Position numbers and translations under genes: made by a program | Shown: positions 41,536 through 50,028 of the stretch, piece after piece | How the letters are laid out: each line of letters starts with the position of its first letter | Position numbering within the stretch: position 1 is the first letter of the stretch | The notes under the pieces: generated by a model | Database searches by the model: none | Told to the model about the DNA's origin: nothing | What the model saw: only the letters and a program-made list of their open reading frames with translations | Assembly (NCBI GenBank): GCA_047602405.1 | Contig: JASGHJ010000002.1 | Span: 2,464,001-2,528,000, forward strand | Length of the DNA stretch: 64,000 bases | Reading direction: 5' to 3' | From: Anaeromyxobacteraceae bacterium | Lineage (GTDB): Bacteria > Myxococcota > Myxococcia > Myxococcales > Anaeromyxobacteraceae

Positions 41536-42522
41536 ATGCTCGCGACGCGGAAGCTGGGGAGGCAGGGGCTCGTGGTGTCGGAGCTCGGCCTCGGGTGCAT
41601 GGGCATGAGCCAGTCGTACGGCGAGGCCGACGAGGCCGAGGCCGTCGCGACCCTCCACCGGGCCCTCGAGCTCGGCGTCACCTTCCTCGACACCGCCGAG
41701 GTGTACGGGCCCTTCCGGAACGAGGAGCTCCTCGGGCGCACGCTCGCCGGCAAGCGCGACCGGGTCGTGCTCGCGACGAAGTTCGGCTTCCGGATCGTGA
41801 ACGGGGCCATGGCCGGCCTCGACAGCCGCCCCGGGCACGTGCGCGAGGCGCTCGAGGGATCGCTCCGGCGCCTCGGCACCGACCACGTCGACCTCCTGTA
41901 CCAGCACCGGGTCGACCCGGCGGTGCCCATCGAGGACGTGGTCGGCGCCATGGCGGAGCTCGTGCGCGAGGGCAAGGTGCGGTACCTCGGCCTCTCCGAG
42001 GCGAGCGCGCGCACGGTGCGGCGCGCCCACGCCGTCCACCCGATCTCGGCCCTGCAGAGCGAGTACTCGCTCTGGGAGCGGGGGCTCGAGGCGGAGGTGC
42101 TGCCCACCCTGCGCGAGCTCGGGGTGGGGCTCGTGCCGTTCGCCCCGCTCGGGCGCGGCTTCCTCACCGGCGACGCGCGCCGGGCCGAGGAGCTGCCCGA
42201 CGCCGACTTCCGCAAGCGCGACCCGCGCTTCCAGGGCGCGAACTTCGACGCCAACATGAAGGCCGCCGCGGTCGTGCGCGGGGTGGCGGCGCGCCACGGC
42301 GCGAAGCCCGGCCAGGTCGCGCTCGCGTGGCTCCTCTCGCGCGGCGCCGACGTCGCGCCCATCCCCGGGACGAAGCGCCGCCGCTACCTCGAGGAGAACG
42401 TCGCCGCGGCCGCGCTCCGGCTCTCCGCCGCCGACCTCGCGGAGCTCGAGGCGGCGCTCCCGCCCGGCGCGGCCTCCGGCGCGCGCTACGACGAGGAGCG
42501 GATGAAGACGGTGGACCGGTGA
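41536..42522 (+). CDS. Aldo/keto reductase
   Basis: [34 protein letters not shown]. Confidence 0.95.
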   Translation: MLATRKLGRQGLVVSELGLGCMGMSQSYGEADEAEAVATLHRALELGVTFLDTAEVYGPFRNEELLGRTLAGKRDRVVLATKFGFRIVNGAMAGLDSRPGHVREALEGSLRRLGTDHVDLLYQHRVDPAVPIEDVVGAMAELVREGKVRYLGLSEASARTVRRAHAVHPISALQSEYSLWERGLEAEVLPTLRELGVGLVPFAPLGRGFLTGDARRAEELPDADFRKRDPRFQGANFDANMKAAAVVRGVAARHGAKPGQVALAWLLSRGADVAPIPGTKRRRYLEENVAAAALRLSAADLAELEAALPPGAASGARYDEERMKTVDR

Positions 42523-43269
42523 CGCCGGTCCTCGCGGTCGACGCGCTCCGGAAGGTCTACGCCGGCGCGCCCGCGGTGGACGGCGTGTCGTTCGAGGTCC
42601 GCCCCGGCGAGAATCGTGGGCCTGCTCGGGCCGAACGGCGCCGGGAAGACCACCACCCTCTCGATCATCCTCGGCGTGCTCTCGCCCACCGCGGGCACGA
42701 TCCACGTCGACGGCATCGACCTCGCCGCGCGGCGGGCCGAGGCGCTCGAGCGCACGGGCTTCGCCGCCGTCTACGCCGCGCTGCCCGGCAACCTCACGGT
42801 CGTCCAGAACCTCAGGGTCTCCGGGATGCTCTACGGCGTCGGCGACCTCGAGGCGCGCATCGAGGCCACGCTCGAGGCGCTCGACCTCGTCCGCTTCCGT
42901 AACGCGAAGACCGGGGTGCTGTCCTCCGGCGAGCAGACGCGCGTCTCGCTCGCGAAGGCGCTCCTCAACCGGCCGCGGCTGCTCCTCCTGGACGAGCCGA
43001 CGGCCTCGCTCGACCCCTCCACCGCCCGCGACCTGCGCGCCCGGATCAAGGCGTCGGCGGCCTCCGGCGAGATCGCCGGGGTCCTCTGGACCTCGCACAA
43101 CATGCTCGAGGTCGAGGCGGTCTGCGATCGCGTGCTGTTCCTCTCGAAGGGCAAGATCCTCCTCGAGGGCGACCCCCGGCGGCTGCCCGGCGAGCACGGC
43201 AAGGCCACGCTCGAGGATCTCTTCGTCGCGGTCGCGCGCGAGCCGCTCTCGCTGGAGGGCGCCGCGTGA
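42519..43269 (+). CDS. ABC transporter ATP-binding protein (frameshift at ~42612)
   Basis: [14 protein letters not shown]...[27 protein letters not shown]. Confidence 0.88.
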
Positions 43270-44072
43270 TCCGCCCCCGCCGCGTCTGGGCGCTCGTGCT
43301 GCGCCAGCTCTACCTGCTCCGCGGGAGCCCCGCCCGCGTGCTGCCGCTGTTCGCCTGGGTGGCGATCGACGTCGTCCTGTGGGGCTTCATCTCCCGCTAC
43401 CTCGACCAGGTCTCCGCCGCGCGCTTCGACTTCGTCCCGGTGCTCCTCGGCGCGGTGCTGCTCTGGGACTTCTTCGGCCGGGTCCTGCACGGCGTGGCCA
43501 TGGCGTTCTTCGAGGACGTGTGGTCGCGGAACTTCCTCAACGTCTTCGCCGCGCCCATCACCACGGTCGAGTACGTCGCGGGGCTCGTCTGCTCCTCGAT
43601 CCTCACGAGCAGCGTCGGCCTCGCGGTGATGCTGGCGCTCGCCTTCCTCGGCTTCGGCCTCTCGTACCTGGGCGCCGCCGCCGCGGTGGTCCCGGCGCTC
43701 CTCGTCCTCTTCCTCTTCGGCATCGCCCTCGGCATCGTGGGCTGCGCCGTGGTCCTGCGCCTTGGCCCCGCCGCCGAGTGGCTGATCTGGCCGGTCCCGG
43801 CCATGATCTCGCCCTTCGCGGGCGTCTTCTATCCCGTCTCCACCCTGCCGCCCTGGATGCAGGCGGTGTCCTGGCTGCTCCCGCCCTCCTACGTCTTCGA
43901 GACCCTCCGGGCGGTCCTCGGCGGGGCCCCGGTCGCGTGGGGCGCCCTCGCCATCGCGGCGGCCCTCGCCGTGCTCGACGTCGTCCTCGCGGGCTGGCTG
44001 TTCGTGGCCGTTCACCGCCACGCCGTTCGCACGGGGCTCCTCGCCAGGTACTCCGCGGAGACCGTCTCGTAG
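43266..44072 (+). CDS. ABC-2 type transporter permease
   Basis: Six TM helices; GVFYPVSTLPPWMQ...LPPSYVFE. Confidence 0.9.
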   Translation: MIRPRRVWALVLRQLYLLRGSPARVLPLFAWVAIDVVLWGFISRYLDQVSAARFDFVPVLLGAVLLWDFFGRVLHGVAMAFFEDVWSRNFLNVFAAPITTVEYVAGLVCSSILTSSVGLAVMLALAFLGFGLSYLGAAAAVVPALLVLFLFGIALGIVGCAVVLRLGPAAEWLIWPVPAMISPFAGVFYPVSTLPPWMQAVSWLLPPSYVFETLRAVLGGAPVAWGALAIAAALAVLDVVLAGWLFVAVHRHAVRTGLLARYSAETVS

Positions 44073-44088
44073 CGGCGGTCCGTTGGAG

Positions 44089-44394
44089 GTGCGTGTTCGT
44101 GGGGGCGAAACGCGCCTCCGCGACGCCGGCCGGCTTCGTCGGTCTGTGTATGGAACCGATGCCCGGAACCGGGTGTGCTGCGATCGTGGAGGCCGCGGCA
44201 GGCCTGCACGCGAGTTGCGTGTGACGGCACAGCGCGCTGCGCGCGCCATGCCGTCACACGCCCTCGTCGCTTGGCCTGCAATCGCTAGGCTACTGGGAAC
44301 GTGGAGAGCCCGACCTCCGCCGGCCGTCGCTGCGGAGGTGCGTTTCGCCCTCGGGCGTAGTGAACGGTGATCGGCCGATACTGCTGGGTGGTGA
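44089..44394. repeat. Structured non-coding element, copy A (inverted homolog of 45976-46282)
   Basis: Outer stem 44103-44121/44332-44350; inner stems 44198-44204/44273-44279 and 44217-44229/44249-44261; 31-bp exact match (44250-44280) to the revcomp of 46090-46120. Confidence 0.75.
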
Positions 44395-44422
44395 GTATTG
44401 AACTGATATGGTTGGACCCGTC

Positions 44423-44461
44423 AACGAAGCCGGCCCGGTCGCAGGGTCGGCTTTTTCGTTT
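44423..44461 (+). terminator. Intrinsic terminator-like hairpin inside the IS end
   Basis: AAGCCGGCCC-GGTCGCA-GGGTCGGCTT followed by TTTCGTTT. Confidence 0.55.
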
Positions 44462-44499
44462 CTGCGTTCGGGCGGCCAAGGCGGTGGTCGACCTGAACT

Positions 44500-44632
44500 A
44501 GAGCGACGGCGGATCAGACTGATATTCGCGGGTTGGGTACCGCATGACCTGAATCCGTCGGGGGCTGCCTCGGTCTAACAGCGGGCATCAGGCTTCACGG
44601 CCCTGCCCATAGTTCATACGAGGATTCCCCTT
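44500..44632 (-). ncRNA. Putative bridge/seek RNA of the IS110 element (target- and donor-binding loops)
   Basis: Two stem/internal-loop modules. Loop sequences TGAACT and GTTAGAC match the insertion-site flanks; ATATCAG and ATTC match the IS circle junction. Exact RNA ends uncertain. Confidence 0.7.
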
Positions 44633-44681
44633 TGGGCCGGACCAAGTCGTCCACCGCCCTCGCCGCCCGAACGCGTCACAG

Positions 44682-45776
44682 CTACGCCTTTAGGAGTTGT
44701 GGCTGGCGCCCGATGGCCCAGACGAATCCCGCCAACTCGCGCGCGATGGCAACGACGACGCGGTTCTTGTTCATCCCGCGTCCCGTGAGCTTCCGATAGC
44801 GACCGCAGAGCCGCTCCTGGGCACGCCAGGCGATTCGCAAGACCTCCTCCGACAAGCCTCGACTTCTCTTCCTGAGGGCAGGGCTGTTCGCTGCTCGGTA
44901 CCGGTAAGCCCAGGCGGCCTCGACGAGAATGCGCCGAGCGTGGCCGTTCCCGGCGCGTGTGATTCTCCCTTGCTGCCGAGTTTCTCCGCTCGAGTGTTCC
45001 GAGGGGACGAGGCCGAGGTAGCCCATCAGCTCGGGGGCAGTGGCGAACCGGTCCAGGTCGCCGAGCTCCGCTGCGAGCACCGTGGCCGTGATGAGGTTGA
45101 CGCCGCGTAGCGACTGTAGCGCCTTCACCAGGGGCATCCGGCTCCAGCTCTCCACGAGCTCCTCGATGCTGCGGGTATGCCGGCGAACCCTCTCCCCCAC
45201 GTCTTCCACCGTCTTCAGGTAGTCCTCGAGGACCCGTTGCTGCGCCTCGTGCTCGAAATGCTGGACCCGAACCCACGCCAGGTGGTCGCGAGTCCACCGT
45301 GTCTTCCCTGTCCAGCGCCGCCCATGACGGAGAAGGAACTTCCCGAGCTGGTGACGGGCTACGCGCTCAGCCTTCTTCGCGGCATCTCGCGCGCGCTCGA
45401 GATCGCGCATGGCCTCGGTGGCTTCGTCGGGCACGTGGACTTCGGTCAGGTCTCCAGACCTCAGAAACCGGGCGAGCTTCACGGCATCCCGCCGGTCGGT
45501 CTTGACGCGATTGCCGGCCTTCATAGGCACCAACGAAGGCGCGACCACGACGCATTCGACGCCGCCGGCGTTGAGCGCTCGGTAGAGCCCGAACCCTGTT
45601 GGACCAGCCTCGTAGCAGCATTTGATGGTACCGAGCCGTCGCAGGCGCTTCAGCAGTGCCGCGGTGTCGTTGGCGACGACCGCCAAAGCGCTCGGCTCTC
45701 CCCGGCCGGGCTCAGCGACCGCGATGGCGATGCTGTCTGCGTGGACGTCGAGACCGACGAATCGTACGCTCTCCAT
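44682..45776 (-). CDS. IS110 family transposase (DEDD RuvC-like + Tnp20 domain)
   Basis: VGLDVH, CYEAGPTG, KTDRRDA, GLVPSEHSSG, GRITRAGN, VAIAREL; GGAGG RBS. Confidence 0.96.
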   Translation of the reverse strand: MESVRFVGLDVHADSIAIAVAEPGRGEPSALAVVANDTAALLKRLRRLGTIKCCYEAGPTGFGLYRALNAGGVECVVVAPSLVPMKAGNRVKTDRRDAVKLARFLRSGDLTEVHVPDEATEAMRDLERARDAAKKAERVARHQLGKFLLRHGRRWTGKTRWTRDHLAWVRVQHFEHEAQQRVLEDYLKTVEDVGERVRRHTRSIEELVESWSRMPLVKALQSLRGVNLITATVLAAELGDLDRFATAPELMGYLGLVPSEHSSGETRQQGRITRAGNGHARRILVEAAWAYRYRAANSPALRKRSRGLSEEVLRIAWRAQERLCGRYRKLTGRGMNKNRVVVAIARELAGFVWAIGRQPQLLKA

Positions 45777-45975
45777 GGTTGGACCCGCCTCCCGCTGTGG
45801 CTCTGCGCCGTGGGGTTTCGCAGCTTCGCGGAGTAACCCACGTTCGCGTGACAGCGGGTCCAACCATTCTGTCTAACGGTAAATACGATGAGGCTGCGAC
45901 GGGAGCCGTTGGCCTGAACCTGCGGATGAACGATCAGCGCGTCGCCCACCGCCGATGCCAGCCCGTTGGTCGTTC

Positions 45976-46282
45976 ATCAGCACCCGGCATCCACGGCCGA
46001 CGTTAGTTCTCCACGCCCGAGAGCCAAACGGGCCTCCGCAGCAGCGCGCAGCGAGCGACGGGCGAGGCTCCGTCTCCACATCGGGGCAATGCAGGCCAAG
46101 CGACGAGGGCGTGTGACGGCGACGTGCGCGAAGCGCACGGCGTCGTCACGCGCAACTCGCGTGCAGGCCTGCTGCCACGATCACCGCCATGGAACGGCAA
46201 CGGTTCCGGCGATCGCTTCCGTCTCAAACCCGTCCGAGCAAGCGCTGTCGCGGAGGCCCGTTTGGCTCCCACGGCACCGCAT
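45976..46282. repeat. Structured non-coding element, copy B (inverted homolog of 44089-44394)
   Basis: Perfect 19-bp outer stem 46021-46039/46250-46268; inner rod 46091-46172 with apical CGTGCGC-GAA-GCGCACG. Confidence 0.75.
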
Positions 46283-46305
46283 GCCGACAAACGGGAGGGA
46301 GGGAG

Positions 46306-48117
46306 TCACGTGGTTCCGTAGAGCTCGCCGACGGACTTCCCGAGCCACGCCATGAGCGCGTCCCGCTTCACCTTGAGGGTGGGCGTGAGGAGCTGCGGAT
46401 GCTCGGCGAGCTCTCCCGCGATGACGAGGAGCTTCTTCGGCTTCTCGTAGTCGCTGAAGGAGGCGAGGACGGCGCGGGCGTGCGGGAGGAGCGTGGCGGC
46501 CGCGTCCTGGCCGGCTGCGGCGAGGCGGGAGAGCTCGTCGCGGGAGACGAAGACGACGGCGGCGACGAAGGGCCGGCCCTCGCCGAGGAGCACCGCGCCC
46601 TGGAACGGGTGGGCGGCGCCCAGGGCCTGCTCGATGGGCTCGGGGGAGAGCTTCTTCCCGGTCGAGAGGACGAGGACGTGCTTCTTGCGGCCCTCGACGC
46701 GGAGCGCGCCGTCGGCCTCGAACTTCACGAGGTCGCCGGTGTGGAAGAAGCCCTCCTCGTCGAAGGCGGCGCGGTCGTCCTCCGCCTCGAGGTGGCCGGT
46801 GAGCATGAGCGGCCCCTTCAGCATGAGCTCGCCGTCGGCGCCGACGCGGACCACGTGGTCCGGGGAGACGTAGCCCACCACGCCCGGGCGGCGCGGGCCT
46901 GCGCGCAGGTTCGAGCTGATCATGCCCGCGGTCTCGCTCATCCCGTAAAGCTCCACGAGCGGGAGGCCGAGCGACTCGAAGAAGCGGAAGAGCGCCGGGG
47001 AGGCCGGGGCGCCGCCCGCGTAGAGGCCGCGCACCCGGCCGCCGAGCTTCGCCCGGACGGCCTTCCCGACCAGGCGGTCGGCGAGCGCGGTCCAGACGTG
47101 ATCCGAGAGGCGCGCGGAGCCGTCGACGCGCGTCCGCGCGGCGCCCTGGAGCGCCGCGTTCGCGAGGGCCCGCACCGGCGCGGGCAGCTTCGCGACCTTC
47201 GCGAGGACCGCGTCGCGGATGCGCTCGTACACGAGCGGCACCGAGAAGAGGTAGGTCGGCCCGAGCGCGAGCGCGCGCTCCATCTCCTCGCGCCCGGAGA
47301 TCATGAGGAGCCGGTGCGCCTGCGCGACCGCGAGGAAGAACTGGTCGTGCCCGGCGACGTGCGCGAAGGGCAGGAAGTGCAGGCCGAGGTCGTCGGGCGA
47401 GACGCCGGTCGCCGGCCCGCCCGCGTCCACCGCGGTGACGATGGCGCGCTGCGAGAGGCGCACGCCCTTCGGCCGGCCGGTGGTGCCGCTCGTGAAGAGG
47501 AGCAGGAAGGGGTCGTCCTCGCCGGCCTGCGCGGCGAGCGCCTCGAGGTGCTCGAGGCCCGGGCCGCCGGCCTCGAGCGCCGCGCGCGCCTCGACCACCT
47601 CGACGCCGGCGGGGACCCTGGCCGGCGGGAGCGGCTCCAGGGTGACGACGCCGCGGAGGCCCGCCTCGACGAGCTCCCCGCCGATGGGCGCGAGCTTCTC
47701 CCACTGGGCGGGCCCCGTGACGAAGGCCACCCGCGGGCGGACCCGCCGGGCGATGCCCTGCGCGGTCTCCGCCGAGAGGCTCGCGAAGAGCGCCGCCGGC
47801 TCGGCGCGGACGGCCTGGGCGCCGAGCGCGAGCTCCTGCCACTCCGGCGCGTTCTCGGCGAGGAAGAGCACCCGGTCCCCGGCGCCGACGCCGAGCCGCG
47901 TGAGGAGCGCGGCCGCCCGGGCGATCGCCTCCGCGAAGCCGCGGAACGTGACCGACCGCTCCGTGCCGCCCTTCTCGAGGAACCGGATGAAGACCTCGTC
48001 GCCCTTCTTCCGCGCGGCGGTGAGGACCTGGCGCGGCAGCGTCCGGTCCGGATGGCGGGCGACCTCGAGGCGGCGGAGCTGGGGCTCGGTGCGGGCGTCC
48101 ATGACGCACCGGACCAT
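46306..48117 (-). CDS. AMP-dependent synthetase / long-chain acyl-CoA ligase
   Basis: FTSGTTGRPKG, ELYGMSET, TGDL, LTPTLKVKR. Confidence 0.9.
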   Translation of the reverse strand: MVRCVMDARTEPQLRRLEVARHPDRTLPRQVLTAARKKGDEVFIRFLEKGGTERSVTFRGFAEAIARAAALLTRLGVGAGDRVLFLAENAPEWQELALGAQAVRAEPAALFASLSAETAQGIARRVRPRVAFVTGPAQWEKLAPIGGELVEAGLRGVVTLEPLPPARVPAGVEVVEARAALEAGGPGLEHLEALAAQAGEDDPFLLLFTSGTTGRPKGVRLSQRAIVTAVDAGGPATGVSPDDLGLHFLPFAHVAGHDQFFLAVAQAHRLLMISGREEMERALALGPTYLFSVPLVYERIRDAVLAKVAKLPAPVRALANAALQGAARTRVDGSARLSDHVWTALADRLVGKAVRAKLGGRVRGLYAGGAPASPALFRFFESLGLPLVELYGMSETAGMISSNLRAGPRRPGVVGYVSPDHVVRVGADGELMLKGPLMLTGHLEAEDDRAAFDEEGFFHTGDLVKFEADGALRVEGRKKHVLVLSTGKKLSPEPIEQALGAAHPFQGAVLLGEGRPFVAAVVFVSRDELSRLAAAGQDAAATLLPHARAVLASFSDYEKPKKLLVIAGELAEHPQLLTPTLKVKRDALMAWLGKSVGELYGTT

Positions 48118-48191
48118 GTGCTCCCACTGTCACCGGCCGGTCACCACGGCTGCGGCGTTGCGCCGCGCCCGTGCCCGTGAGGCGCCACGGG

Positions 48192-49568
48192 TCAGCCGCG
48201 CACCAGGAGCGCCACGGCCTCCACGTGGTGCGTCTGCGGGAACATGTCGACGGCGCGCACGGAGGCCACCCGGAAGCCGGCCCTGGTGCACGCGTTGAGG
48301 TCGCGCGCGAGCGTGGCGGGGTCGCAGGACACGTAGACGGCCCGCTCCACGGCGAGGTCGCGCAGGAGCGGCCCCACGCCCTTCGCGCCCTCCCGGGGCG
48401 GGTCGAGGAGCGCCAGGCGGAACCGCGGCGCGTCCGGGCCGCGCTCCCGGCCGAGCGCGGCGCCGAGCTTGAGCGCGTCGCCGGCGAAGAACCGGACGTT
48501 GCCCGCGGCCGGCCCGCCGCCCGCGCCCGCCGGGCCGAGATCGGCGCGCGCGAGCTCGAGCGAGGGGCCGGCGACCTCGATCGCCGAGACGGAGCGCGCC
48601 CGCGCCGCGAGCGGCGACGTGAAGTTGCCCGCCCCGCAGAAGAGCTCGAGGACGGCGTCCTGGGGCCCGGGCGCCAGCATCGCGAGCGCCTCCGCCACGA
48701 GGAGCGCGTTCGCGCCCCGGTTCGCCTGCAGGAAGACGTCGGGCCGCGACCGCTGCAGCCCGGCGGCGGGATGGCCGGGGTCGCGGGGATGCCGGAGCAC
48801 CGGGTCGCCCACCACCGCGGGCGGCTGCCCCTCCGCCGTGAGCACCACCCCCGAGAGCGCGGGGACGAGCGCGAGCAGCGCCTCGGCGCGCTTCCTGGCC
48901 GAGGCGCCCGTGTCGGCCACCTTCGCGTGGGCGGCCCCCCTGCCCTCCTGCTCCGACCACTCGAGCGAGACCTCGGTCGCGGCGAGCCCTGCCTCGACGA
49001 GCGCCGGACCGACGCCGGCGCGGAGCGCGTCGAGGCCCGGCACGAGCAGGTGGCACTCCTCGAGGCGCACCGGCGCGTGCGAGCGCCGCTGGAAGAAGAC
49101 GAGCCGGCGGCTCGGACGATTGAGGTGGAACTTCGCCCGGACCCGGTAGCGGAGCGGCGCCGGCGAGCCGAGGATGGGCCGCTCCTCGTAGGTGCCCGGC
49201 TCGAGGCGGCCGATGCGCCGGAGCGCCTCGCGCACGGTGCGGGCCTTCACCCGGAGCTGCTCCTCGTAGCGGACGTGCAGCCACTCGCAGCCGCCGCAGA
49301 GCGCGTCGCGCCCCGGGAGCGGGGGCGGCGGCGTGCCGGGGGCGCGCACGCCGAAGTGCGAGCAGGGCGGCGGGACGCGGGCCGCGCCGGGCGCGGCGAG
49401 CTCCACGAGCGTCGCGTGGAGGGCGCCCTCCGACGGCGCGGCCTCCACGACGGCGCGGTCGCCGGGCGCGGTGAAGGGGACGTAGGCGACCTGCCCCTCC
49501 GGCCCCTCCGGACGGCCCATGCCCTCCCCGCCCGCGGCGAGGTCGGTGATGTCGAGCGTGAGCTTCAG
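48192..49568 (-). CDS. rlmD: 23S rRNA m5U methyltransferase (RlmD/TrmA family, with TRAM domain)
   Basis: C..FG...CGGC.W.H, F.QAN, LFCGAGNF, DPPREG, YVSCDPATLARD, DMFPQTHHVE; TRAM-like sequence extends upstream of the first ATG (49520) to a CTG at 49568. Confidence 0.85.
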   Translation of the reverse strand: MKLTLDITDLAAGGEGMGRPEGPEGQVAYVPFTAPGDRAVVEAAPSEGALHATLVELAAPGAARVPPPCSHFGVRAPGTPPPPLPGRDALCGGCEWLHVRYEEQLRVKARTVREALRRIGRLEPGTYEERPILGSPAPLRYRVRAKFHLNRPSRRLVFFQRRSHAPVRLEECHLLVPGLDALRAGVGPALVEAGLAATEVSLEWSEQEGRGAAHAKVADTGASARKRAEALLALVPALSGVVLTAEGQPPAVVGDPVLRHPRDPGHPAAGLQRSRPDVFLQANRGANALLVAEALAMLAPGPQDAVLELFCGAGNFTSPLAARARSVSAIEVAGPSLELARADLGPAGAGGGPAAGNVRFFAGDALKLGAALGRERGPDAPRFRLALLDPPREGAKGVGPLLRDLAVERAVYVSCDPATLARDLNACTRAGFRVASVRAVDMFPQTHHVEAVALLVRG

Positions 49569-49589
49569 GGTGAGACCTCGAGGGAGAGG

Positions 49590-49976
49590 TTAAGCCTCGA
49601 GCCCCTTCTTGAGCCGGTCGACGAACGCCTCGATCTCGGCCTTCTGCGCGTCGCCGAGGCGGGTGAACTCGATCGCCATGCCGGGGACCAGGTTCGCGTG
49701 GTTGTCGAACTCGGTGATCCGCCGGACCCGCCCCTCGAGCTCGTGGGGGAACTTCGCGCCGGGGAGCTGGATGAGGATCTTCACCTCGGTGCCGACCGGC
49801 AGCGGGTTGCGGGTGTTGATGAACACGCCGCCCTGGCTGATGTTGGTCGCCCAGTCGGTGAGGAAGCTCCCGACGCTCCGGTACGCGACCGGGATCTCGT
49901 GGTGCAGCCGCTCCGCCCGCCGCTTGTTGTCGCCCGGCTTCGTGTCGCCCGGCTTGTTGTCGGAGGTGTGCGCCAC
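49590..49976 (-). CDS. TIGR02266 family (PilZ-like) protein
   Basis: RRAER, NISQGGVFI, GMAIEF. Confidence 0.85.
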   Translation of the reverse strand: MAHTSDNKPGDTKPGDNKRRAERLHHEIPVAYRSVGSFLTDWATNISQGGVFINTRNPLPVGTEVKILIQLPGAKFPHELEGRVRRITEFDNHANLVPGMAIEFTRLGDAQKAEIEAFVDRLKKGLEA

Positions 49977-50028
49977 GGGAAAACTCTAGCAGTCGCACCT
50001 CCCCAGGCCAAGCGGCGATCGCGAAACG

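Larger units (their letters stand above)
44403..45871 (-). mobile_element. IS110 family element, IS1111-type (sub-terminal IRs, long 3' non-coding region)
   Basis: CTG core at 44403-44405 and 45869-45871; 13-bp sub-terminal IR ATGGTTGGACCCG (44408-44420) / CGGGTCCAACCAT (45855-45867); contains an IS110 transposase. Confidence 0.88.

Noticed and set aside
44573..45877. GTCTAAC direct repeat as a 7-bp target-site duplication defining the IS ends
   Set aside because: The sub-terminal IR and CTG core place the IS end at ~44403. The 44573 copy is internal and better explained as the RNA target guide.
44083..46290. Two 95-aa ORFs (44083-44370 +, 46003-46290 -) sharing RPARELRVT...PSHALVAWPA
   Set aside because: Similarity is confined to the conserved DNA hairpin core and appears equally in the opposite-strand frames (MQAKRRGRVTA). 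The flanking homologous DNA is read in different frames, so conservation is structural, not coding.
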